In this document: positions 53,361-64,000 of the stretch, one piece after another | How positions within the stretch are numbered: position 1 is the first letter of the stretch | Layout: each line of letters opens with the position of its first letter | Source of the DNA: Octopus sinensis | Taxonomy: Eukaryota | Assembly (NCBI RefSeq): GCF_006345805.1 | Contig: NC_042997.1 | Location: 55,180,001 to 55,244,000, forward strand | Reading direction: 5' to 3' | Length of the DNA: 64,000 nucleotides | Translations under genes and position numbers: made by a program | Notes under the pieces: model-generated | Database searches by the model: none | What the model saw: the letters and a program-made list of their open reading frames with translations, nothing else | What the model was told of the DNA's origin: nothing

Positions 53361-53746
53361 TGTGCATCTCTGATCAGGAGCATGATTAGTTGGGGAGCAC
53401 CATAGCCATGTGTTAAGAGGGATTTGGGTGGGGGTTGAATGATTCATACCTTGAAAGAGGAGTGTTTCTTTCATCGTCTTTAAACAACCCTTATACAGAG
53501 ATCTTTTGAGTTGGGTAGGCTACTCGACCTGAATAAAATTCTAACTGGGCCCCACCTGCAAGGTCATACCCTGTTTATCTTGATATGACGTCACCAATTC
53601 GCGCACATACTGTTATATGCGTGACTTGGTTATGCTGCTTGTGCCTGCCTGGTGTACCCTTATGAGACCTCTAGTTATGATTGGTGTATTGGGCCTCATA
53701 TTTGCTCCCCAGTGTCACTTTGGTGGCGTATGCTACCTTTTCATTC
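53361..53746 (+). mobile_element. TAA-associated non-coding retroelement, copy D (5'-truncated, diverged)
   Basis: Aligns to the 3' two-thirds of copy B; followed by (TAA)n then (GAA)n. Confidence 0.85.
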
Positions 53747-53833
<87 letters not shown>

Positions 53834-53935
53834 AAGAAGAAGAAGAAAGAAGAAGAAGAAGAAGAAGAAGAAGAAGAAGAAGAAGAAGAAGAAGAAGAAG
53901 AAGAAGAAGAAGAAGAAGAAGGAGAGGAAGAGGAA
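53747..53935. repeat. (AAT)n followed by (GAA)n; (GAT)n tract at 56899-56977
   Basis: Direct inspection. Confidence 0.97.
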
Positions 53936-56924
53936 GGGGATAGACAACAATAAGTATTTGACTGGTACGTATTTTATCAACTCCAGGTGGATGAACGGTA
54001 AAACTGATCTTGGCAGAATCCGAACTCAGAATGTTAAAGTGCTATAGCTAAATACTGCAAGCTATTATGTCTAATTATCTATCTGTTCACTGATACAAAA
54101 TGAAACTGTAAAACTTTATCAGGAATGTTATTCATTCTTTTTTACTTGAAAAAGCTTCTAAAAATTCATCTGATATTCTTTCGAAGCTATAGCACATATT
54201 TTTCGACACGATATCTCCGATGGAAGCTCTAGTCGCATAACTTTGTTTGTTGCCCAAGATTATGAAAGAACCATGTTCAGAGTGGATCTGAATTCCCGTG
54301 TGTAGATATCAACATGTGGCGTTGCTTGTATTGTTTCAGAAGTTCTATCTTTTCGGTTCTGTCTTTTCTCTATCACTTTCTTTTCTCCGTTTGCCTCCTG
54401 GAGTTAGTTATGGTTATTTATCTCCAGGCAATTCAAGCACATTGGCATGTTGATATTAACTGTGAATTCCGCAGTGGTATTGCCTGAAGTTAACAGTATT
54501 CTGACATTGCAGGAAAGAATTTCACACAAATCTCGATGTAAACAAAACTGCTAGCAATCTTCATATTTCTCTCTCCTTCTTTTCTTCATTCACCCTCCCT
54601 CGTTTCATTTCTTCTGTTCATAAAAAAATAAAAATAAAAAAAAAAGATAAAAAATTTTGCTCGAAAAATCTTCTGTCGTAAATAATACGTGAGTAACATT
54701 TTAAAATTGAAACTGCAGAAGAACAGGAGAAAGCGCCAGAATTATCAAGGGAAGAGATAGAAAGACAGGAATAGAGAGATATAAAGATAGGAAAGAAACA
54801 GACATAGCAGAAAGAGAAAAAGGCGGTAAGTATGAGTATAGGTGAAAGAGAGGGAGAGAGGGAGAGAGAGAGAGAGTACAAAGATAGAAACTGGGCGGGA
54901 GATACAGAGATACAGAGATAGTGAGATAAAGAGAATGAGAAAAGAAGAAAAAAAGAAACGAAATGCAAAATCAAATGAAAGAATTTGGTAGAAAATGCTC
55001 TTAGAGCCCGAATGTCTGTGAATTGTTTAAAACATTTTAATAATATTTTGTTTTTGTGAAAATAATTTATCGAATGTGAATGAAATACTAGAGGAAATAA
55101 ATAAAAGACAAATTGATTAATGGGAGGTATAAACTTATATAATAACAGAAATATATTATAAAAGTAAAATAATTAAAATAAGAGAATCAACGATAAAATA
55201 ATGATGGATACAACCGACAAAAAGAATTGATAATGTTAATACAATGAAAATCTACGAAACTGTTTTAAATATGAATTTAAATAATTTAAATAAAATGTAC
55301 ATAAAATGGCATTTTTTAAATATTTAAAATAAATCTGTGATGATCGCTGTAGAGAAGATGTATCTATTTCTCGTTTCCAACAAATTCGTTTCGTTTACAC
55401 TACACGAACATGATGACTTTTCGTTTGAATACTCATAAAATTACACGGGCCTTCTTATGCATGTATAAGGAAAATAAGTTAATATATAAAGTGAAAACTT
55501 ATGTCTACACTGAATACAGTTGACTTTACTCATCGCCTTAGAAAGAAATAAAATATTTGTGTCACTAGTGTATTCGAATGATATTACTCAGTCCCAGGTC
55601 AGATTTCATTGAGTAGAATATATGATCTGAGGCATCTCAGCTTTTGTTATTTATGAGTATTTAGGGTTGCTTTATTTAATGTGTCATTTTTCTCTTCCTT
55701 TAAAACAGCTGGGTGTAACGTGAGGAAGATTTGGCTGCTATTTCTAGAAGATCGAGTGACATTATAGAGCTCACTCACCACCGTTGACTCAAAACTTACA
55801 CACCTCAGCAAATATATAAAGTTCGCGTGGTACTTGTAATATATAAGTGTGTTATGTGAGTGATATTTGGCTACTATTTCTAGTAGGGCAAGGAAATCAT
55901 AAAGTGTCATAGGGCGCAAAATTTCAGAGCTTAAATTTTGTTTTTGTAGCATTGAATAGAAATAAGATAAATACACTCATGGATAGGGCGTCAATATATG
56001 GCATTTGAATATTCTAAAATATATTTAAGAAATAAAGTTGCAAAACTAAATATATTACTTGATTGACTGATCCATTTATTTTGTCTTTCCTATTGTAGCG
56101 GAGATTTTTCATCAACATAGCGATCTAATTAGACCCCTTCATCAAAGCAACGTCTATCACCTACCTACAAGACTTTAGAAAACATTAAAAAGACATGTTT
56201 TTTTTCTTTATTTCTTTTTACATAAAAAAATTCCTTGGGATGTATTCTGCACGAAAAGTATATAGAGAAGTGCAGGATAACATGCATAATATAATAAATC
56301 AAAACATTTTTCAATCATTTGAAATTATACCAGTTGAGAAGCAGTTCTACAGTTCTGTTTGAAACTAGTACAATGTGATCTTAAGATATCTATACTTTTT
56401 ATTACACAGAATATGGCGGTCTATTATGTGTAAGCAAATGAGCGTACTATAGCTACAAAATTGCCTACATTTAAATTTGATAAAAATATACAACAGAGAC
56501 TACCTCGATTGCTTTCCTAATGTTGTACCTGATATAGGCCTTCTGAATAAGGTTTTAAATCCTGTAAATATCTTACAAGGAGAATCATATGATCGTGCTT
56601 AATTCTACTATCACTTGACATAGAACATAGCGTTTTCTATCATTTGTATTAAAAACACTTAGTCATGCAGTAAAACTGTGGTGCATTAAAACTTTACTTA
56701 ATGACAGCATGCCATTAGAAAAGAAACTAACACAAATTTGGAACCAGTTTGACTATCTTCAGAATATTTAGATACAAATGACACCTTTCATTGTAGTAGC
56801 CTGATTTTCTGTCGGGAATGTTAATGTTGATTTGTGTTTGTGTTATCAAATTAATGTTTGAAACATTGCGCGTGCACACATAAATGACTTTGAATAAATG
56901 ATGATGATGATGATGATGATGATA

Positions 56925-56977
<53 letters not shown>

Positions 56978-57254
56978 CAGTAGGTAGCCTGACTGAGTAA
57001 ACCCATAACAAACACTCTTCAACCGTTACCATTCCGTCTTTTAAGGAGTATGTAGAACTATATTATCATGAGTTTCCCTATCTTATTTCAGACAAAACAG
57101 TGTGATTTGACAGTGACTTAGCTGTTATTTATAACGGATCGAATGACTACGGAGGGGAGACTCTCTCGTTGGATCGTAAGACTTTATGAGGAGGAGATAA
57201 GTATTTTTATATGTGTCCTTGTTTCAAAAATGAATTTAATAAAATAAGGATAAA

Positions 57255-57470
57255 ATTGATTTAAAATTTTGGCACAAGGCCAGCAATTTCGGGGGAGAGG
57301 ATCAGTTAATTACATCGAACCTAGTGTTCAACTGATACTTATTTTATCGACTCTGAAAGGATGAAAGGCAAAGTCGACCTCGACGGAATTTGAACTCAGA
57401 ACATGAAAACGGGCGGAATGCCGCGAAGCATTTTGTTTGGTGGGCTAACGATACTGTCAGTTCACCGTGT
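57255..57470 (-). mobile_element. Deu/Nin-like SINE; shorter relic at ~53950-54060
   Basis: GATGAAAGGCAAAGTCGACCTCGACGGAATTTGAACTCAG matches the family at 44345. Confidence 0.8.
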
Positions 57471-57583
57471 TAGAAAGAAGTAAAATATTGGTGTTACTAT
57501 CGTATTCGGAATGAAATTAATTAAATATATATTATTTTAGCTGAGTGCTACAATTAACCAAGTTAATAAATCGCTGTGAGTAC

Positions 57584-57826
57584 TGTGGTGTTGGCAGTCG
57601 GTGTTATGGGACGTGATGAGCTATGTGGTGCTGGTGGAGAGGATGACAGATGAGGTGGGCGGAAAAGGTCAAGCAGGACGCACGTGTGGTCATCGAGCAT
57701 AGACGACGAAGCGATAGAACGTGTCGAATTCGTGAGAGACCGCTGATTTTCGCCGAGGTAAGGCCTTTTGTATTTCTTTCTCCCGTCGCTTCTTCTTCTG
57801 TTGTCCTCTTCATCCATCACACTACA
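57584..57826. mobile_element. Solo LTR (243 bp)
   Basis: Termini TGTGGTG...CACTACA (TG..CA inverted ends, 6/7) flanked by a perfect 5-bp duplication AGTAC (57579-57583 and 57827-57831); GC-richer than flanks. Confidence 0.8.
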
Positions 57827-57859
57827 AGTACCTACTACTTTTTCACACTTTTACACGTT

Positions 57860-58105
57860 TCAGGCATTTGGAGCACTGACTTTAGTCGAAGAAACCGACC
57901 ATTCTTTGTAAACCTAGTACTTATTCTTCGTAAGCCTAGTACTTATTTTATCGGTTTTTTGCAGAACAGCTATATTTCGAAGACCTAAACACACCAACAT
58001 CGGTTGTCACGCGATGATGGGGGGACAAACATAGGTAGAAAGACACACACACACACACACATTAATATATATGCATAAATGTATGTATGTATGTATGTAT
58101 GTATG

Positions 58106-58136
<31 letters not shown>

Positions 58137-58185
58137 GTATGTATGTGTGTGTATATATATATATTATATATATATATATATATAG

Positions 58186-58277
<92 letters not shown>

Positions 58278-58430
58278 CGACGGGCTTCTTTCAGTTTCCG
58301 ACTACCAAATCCCCTCACAAGGCTGTGGTCGGCCCGAGGCTATAATTGAAGACACTTGCCCAAGGTGCCACGCAGTGGGAATGAACCCGGAACCATGTGG
58401 CTGGGAAGCAAGTTTCTTACCACATACCAA
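57860..58430 (-). mobile_element. Composite SINE (family of 12167-12724) with expanded internal microsatellites
   Basis: Reverse complement matches head, body and tail. Confidence 0.85.
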
Positions 58431-60436
58431 AGTCTGCGCCGAGTTTATTTCTTTTCATTAACAAATTTACTGAGACTTAACACTTAATTTCTCCGCTCGC
58501 CTCTATGTAAATAGATGCCATGGGACATCTTTGGATAATTAATGAGTGTGTCATTAGCTATTGTGGTTAGTTCATTGTATGAAACAGATGACTACAAAGT
58601 GACCTCAGACTGATATCCACTATCATCAGAATCCTTCGTATGTCCCCAACAGTCTTTCAACACAATATGGATTATATCAGATAATGTCAAATAGCTAAGT
58701 CAACTAAAAAGTTTCAATTCTAGGATGTGTCTTCATGACAGCTATTATAGATTTCTTTAGTAAGAGAAAAGTAGTATGGTGACATCGAGTTGATAGTCAA
58801 TGTTATTAAGTGAGTGTGTGTGTGTGTGTGAGAGAGAGAGGGGGGGGACAGGCAGTCAGACAGACAGGGAGAAAGAAAGTGAGAGAGAGAGAGAGCGAAA
58901 GAGAAAGAGAGAGAGAGGAAGAGAGAGAGTTCTACAAACTCTCTGTTAAAGATTGCCCTGGTGAGGGCCTATTATAAACTTAGTTATAATTCATATGTAT
59001 ACTTTATAGAGTAAAACAAAAACGAATGGAAAACAAACCCGTTGCTGAGCGTGTAAGAACTCCAGTTCAATTACTGTCACAAGAGTTTCATTGTGATTAA
59101 AGATACTTCCAATGGCCAATAGCAGCAAGCTGTAAATAGAAGCCATAATGAGTTAAGGTGATAACACTGTGTATTTGATCAGTGTTTTTGTTTGTTTTCT
59201 AGAGAGGAAGTAAAAAGCTAAAAAAACATCTAATAAAAAAAGAAAGAAGAAGAAGCGACAATAAAACTGCTATGGAGGCATGTAACATAAATCTCAATAA
59301 TGTCACTATTGAAATGTTGCCTTCAAATTAGACTCTGATGTTGACTTAGCAACCATTTTTTATCATGAATACATATTGTGGACGACTTAAAATGTCCTGA
59401 TGCTTTTCTATAGCAGAAAAGAGTCTAGTTCACTCCCTTTGCATAATGTAGTGTGGCGCCTGAAGAAAAGGCTGTTTATCTAAAAATATGAGGTGACCAG
59501 TTTATCAAATCTACATTACGTCTTAAGGTTATTAAGTCATTGGAGTCTTGGTTTTTCAAACAATTAGAGGGCGATCCAAGAGTAACTGCAGTTATTACTA
59601 CAAGGTGGCGAATTGAGCATGAGACAGAATACCTTGCGGTATTCGTTCCGCCTCTGGTGCTCTTAGTTCAAATCTTCTTCATAATCTTCATTACTTCTTC
59701 ATCTTTTCTTCTCTCCTTGTTGTTGTTGTTGTTGTTCTTCTTATTGTTCTCTTCCTCCTCCCCCTCCTTCTCCTCCTCCTCCTCTTTCTTCTTCTTTCAC
59801 CCCCTTTCTGGATTGTAAGTCTCAGCTTGTCATATTAACTTGCTTTGCGTTGCGACCTCAACACAAGGCCACGCGCCTTCACTATATGATTATGAATTAA
59901 TCGAAGTGTACAGTATCATATATCCATTAAGGCCGTTCTTAACAATCGGTTTCGCACTTGGGGTTCAACGGAGTGTTAGGTAACAGTCCGATTATGTAAC
60001 CCTGCGCTCATCTGAGGTAGCCGCTATGGAATGAATATGGAAACTGCTCTCTATTGTTGGAGATGCATAGACAGATCCGGTATATATATATATAGGACAA
60101 CACTTTATTGCATTTTGTTATAGATACATCTAACATATTAGATATCAAAATATTCTCCTGGTGATCAATTACGGTTGGAATCCAAGTGCATTTGGATTCC
60201 AACCGTAAGTTTCAGTTAATTGAAATAGTGAAACGTACGTTAGAACTAAATATATCAAATATTTATATTTGTACCTATCTTAATTTTCCACTGTATATAC
60301 TCTGTATATCATAAGTACTACCACTGCTAAGTACAAACGTCGACTAACCACTATACTGGAAGCTGACTGGATAATGATAATCTATGTGGAACTCTAACTG
60401 ATAGAGTTCTAGTTATGCACCTAACTGTATCCACAT

Positions 60437-60468
<32 letters not shown>

Positions 60469-60569
60469 TATATATATATATATATTATATATATATATAT
60501 AATGTGGATATGGCGGATCCATATCAGTTGCTACAGTCAGGTGGAGGTATTCGTCATACAAGTAAAAGC

Positions 60570-61132
60570 AGTTATGCCTGTTGACATCACCTGACAACTT
60601 CAAACAGGCCTAGTCTGACCAAACAATCTTGTAAAAGAATTGTGGATTTCCACGAATGCCATTCAGCATCTCTGCGAACTGCGTATGACGATCTGGGCCA
60701 TCTTTTGCTAAAGGTTTACAGGAATCTGGGTCGATATGGCTTCAAGTTCAGTTGTTTCTTGAGACTACCCAGTTGTTTCGTGAGATGCTTAACTCAGCCG
60801 ATGCTCGTCTGGTAAGTTTCATAGGGCCATACACAAACCCCAGACTTGCTTGCATCAGATTTTGCTCAGTGGTAACAGTTCGTGGACGTCCGGAGTTCGG
60901 TACATTCTTCAGTGAGCCTGTCTCCTCGAATTTGTCTCCCATCTTGTAAATCAACTGTCTTGACGACGGATCGGTGTGGAAGGTTTTTGTCCACTTCTAG
61001 TACCTTTCTGCATTTTCAAATTCCCGGGAATTCGCTACAATTCATTTTTTCTCGATATATGTCAAGTGGCCTACCATTACGTCGCACAACCCTGAAAAAT
61101 AAAGACTGTCAGCCTACTTTTGTACCACGCTG
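60570..61132 (-). mobile_element. 5' part of a degenerate Tc1/mariner-superfamily transposon (maT/rosa-like)
   Basis: Minus strand TA|CAGCGTGGTACAAAAGTAGG terminus; ATG at 61077, MVGHLTYIEKK*IV...FENAE...[28 protein letters not shown]...RRASAELSISR...LKLKPYRP. Confidence 0.8.
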
Positions 61133-61399
61133 TAAAGACACGCATGCAAACATACACACTTGCGGGTGCACACACCTAAGTAAAAACAACATACACACAT
61201 TCATCTATAGAAATATACATTCATGTGTACGTATGTTGGTATATGGGGACTTATTTGTTCACAAAGATGTATCTTACTTTTATAATTAGATATTTTCATT
61301 ATTACGTTCAATATATAGAGAACAATTTGTCTGTACAGAGAAGCAATATTATTTGAATTTTCCCAGATTTTAGTATAAAGTAATGTATATCAATATACA

Positions 61400-61498
61400 C
61401 AGACATAAATAAATGCATATATGAATAATCACACTGCCACACACAGGCGCATACACATACAAGGATATATATATATATATATGTATATATATGCATAC

Positions 61499-61531
<33 letters not shown>

Positions 61532-61735
61532 ATATATATATATATATGTATATATATATGTATATATGTATGTATATATATATATATAATATATATATAT
61601 ATATATACAGATACATATCACTATGTGTATATATATATATACACATACATATATATGTGTATAGATACATATATATATATACATACATATCTAAATCTAT
61701 CTACCTATCTATCTATCCATCTATCAGCCTATCTA

Positions 61736-61783
<48 letters not shown>

Positions 61784-61830
61784 CATCTATCTATCTATCT
61801 ATCTATCTATATATATATATATATATTATG

Positions 61831-61888
<58 letters not shown>

Positions 61889-62270
61889 ATATATTATTAT
61901 ATATATATATATATATATATATAAATACACACATGTACATATATCTTACGAAAATGAAATGAAATGATTTGGTTGAAATGACATACTTGTGCACCTGTAA
62001 ATGTAACCATTTGTGAATTCCGATAAGATTTAATTTTTTATAAGCTGGAAACCCATTTGCAAGTATATATTTAACGAAAAATACAGGCATACATGCTTAC
62101 AGATTAAATTTAATGAAGTTTCTAGAAAGAAAACTGTTCAGAGTATTGGGCTTATGTATACAAATACATAGATGTATATGCATAAGTGTGTGTATATATA
62201 TGTATATATATATATATATATAATATATATATATATAATATATATATTATATAATATATATATATATATA

Positions 62271-62310
<40 letters not shown>

Positions 62311-62486
62311 CATACATACAAATATCTATATATATTCTATATATATATATATACATACATAATATATATATATAATATATATATATATACAGAGAAATCA
62401 ATATGCATATACATTGTAATAAATGTATATAATCTAATATATATATTTCTATATGAGAATACGTCTGTATACACACACAAACAACA

Positions 62487-62517
<31 letters not shown>

Positions 62518-62600
62518 AACACATATATATATATATATATATAATATATATATATTAATATGTACATATATGTGTGTATATATATAAACAGGTATATATA
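61400..62600. repeat. Extended (TA)n/(TATC)n/(CA)n microsatellite field with one unique island (~61950-62170)
   Basis: Direct inspection. Confidence 0.93.
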
Positions 62601-63039
62601 TAGCGTTATATATCAGCTTACAATTCAATATCAACTTAAATATTAACTCAATAAATGTAGTAGGCTTTGTAGAATTTAATAAACTCTACGAGGAAATCGG
62701 TGATAGTGACTTCAAAGTTTAAGCTTGGTAGGATGCATCTCATTATGCTTTACTTGGGTTCTTTTTGATTTTATATAGTTTTTGTAACAAATAGTTTCTG
62801 AACAATAACTTTCCCATCTGCTTACACCACACATAAGTATTATTCACATAGTTCTACCTAATCCCCAAAGACTATATAAGTCCCCCACCCCCCAAACAAA
62901 CAAACAAAAAACAAATATGAAAGTCTGATGGAGATGAGAATTCGAAGTCATTGTCAACTATTTCCTTGAAGGAGTAAATATATATGTGTAAGGACACGTG
63001 TATGTGCGCGTGCATGTATATACATAAACACATATGTGA

Positions 63040-63310
63040 GAGCGCATAGCCTAGTGGTTAGGATCTACTCGCAATCGCGAAATTGTAGTTTCAGTTACTG
63101 GAATGGGTGGTGCGTTGTCATCTTGTGCAAAACATCTCATTCCACGTCGCCCTGCGATAGCTTAGACACCTGAAGTGTGGTACAACGTGCATCTGTTCAA
63201 GCAGCATTGATTTGGCGGAGATTGTGAGCTAATGTACAGCACATACGTTTGATTAATATAAACAAATCATTTGTACAGGTTGTTCAGCAAGAGATTGCAG
63301 AACTGTCATT
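63040..63310 (+). mobile_element. tRNA-type SINE (diverged)
   Basis: GCATAGCCTAGTGGTTAGG A-box head, TTGTGCAAAACATCTCATTCCAC core. Confidence 0.6.
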
Positions 63311-63383
63311 CACCGGCTCCAAGAGGACTACCATTATATATGCACGTATATGTGGATATGTTTGTGTGTGTATATAAATATAT

Positions 63384-63420
<37 letters not shown>

Positions 63421-63759
63421 GCACGTACTTGTGGGTATATTTTGGTGTGTATGTGCGTGTGTGTGTATGTTTACAAATGTACGTGCATACACATACATGT
63501 ATATGTACGTATCACTTGATATACGTTGATTTGCATACAAATTTGTGTACACACACACATACACATAAATATATACATATATATATATATTCATTAATGT
63601 CATTAATGCTTGAATATGAAAATATGTTTAGATTAGTTTATATATATTTAAGAATGTATATATATAACGTATGTATATAGCAAGTTAGTAAGATAGATAT
63701 TAGTTTACATATATACATACACACACACACATATACATATATATATATATATATGTATA

Positions 63760-64000
63760 CGTGGTCTGATCAATAAGTATTCGGACTGTTGCCATAGTAA
63801 CGAGGTTAAAGCATGTAGAGTAAAGCCGTCTGGTGCAGATTGATCTTGAACTCTGCTGTGTATGCGCAGTAAGTTTTAACGTTCTAGCTTACTTCCCCTG
63901 TTTACAGCAGTGCTTGGAAGGAAAGTGTGTAGCATGTGAACTTCGCATTGAATCTGCATCAAATTTTGCCAAAATCTTGGCGGTTCCTGCTCAGAGGCCT
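63760..64000 (+). mobile_element. 5' end of a mariner-like transposon, runs off window
   Basis: TA|CGTGGTCTGATCAATAAGTATTCGGACTG terminus; last bases translate ICIKFCQNLGGSCSEA (mariner QR.CIKFC..LG.S.SE. start). Confidence 0.8.

Noticed and set aside
56099-56178. Strong acceptor (TTTTGTCTTTCCTATTGTAG) followed by a short open frame EIFHQHSDLIRPLHQSNVYHLPTRL*
   Set aside because: Isolated splice signal, unrecognised peptide; expected by chance in 64 kb of AT-rich DNA.
57614-57748. C/D box snoRNA-like GTGATGA ... CTGA pair
   Set aside because: No terminal stem, and the segment lies inside a solo LTR with a TSD.

Overview
AT-rich, microsatellite-saturated eukaryotic DNA, almost certainly intronic or intergenic sequence from a coleoid cephalopod (octopus-like; inferred from the repeat families and microsatellite load, not proven). 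No host protein-coding gene can be supported: most ORFs in the track are translated microsatellites. The interpretable content is mobile DNA: six fragments of R4/Dong-like non-LTR retrotransposons with a restriction-like endonuclease (one near full length), embedded in (TAA)n tracts with one polarity; four copies of a ~555-bp non-coding element that sits in the same tracts and shares a 3' stem-loop with those LINEs; a 5'-truncated RTE LINE with a ~68-bp flanking duplication; Tx1/L1-like and CR1/L2-like fragments; two DD36E Tc1-like transposons; four other degenerate Tc1/mariner relics; Penelope-like termini with variant hammerhead-like motifs; Helitron ends; a solo LTR with a perfect TSD; many tRNA-type SINEs; and several long inverted repeats. 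The best candidate for a new system is the (TAA)n-targeting Dong-like LINE plus its apparent non-autonomous partner. All family assignments come from motif recognition by eye; no database search was run.
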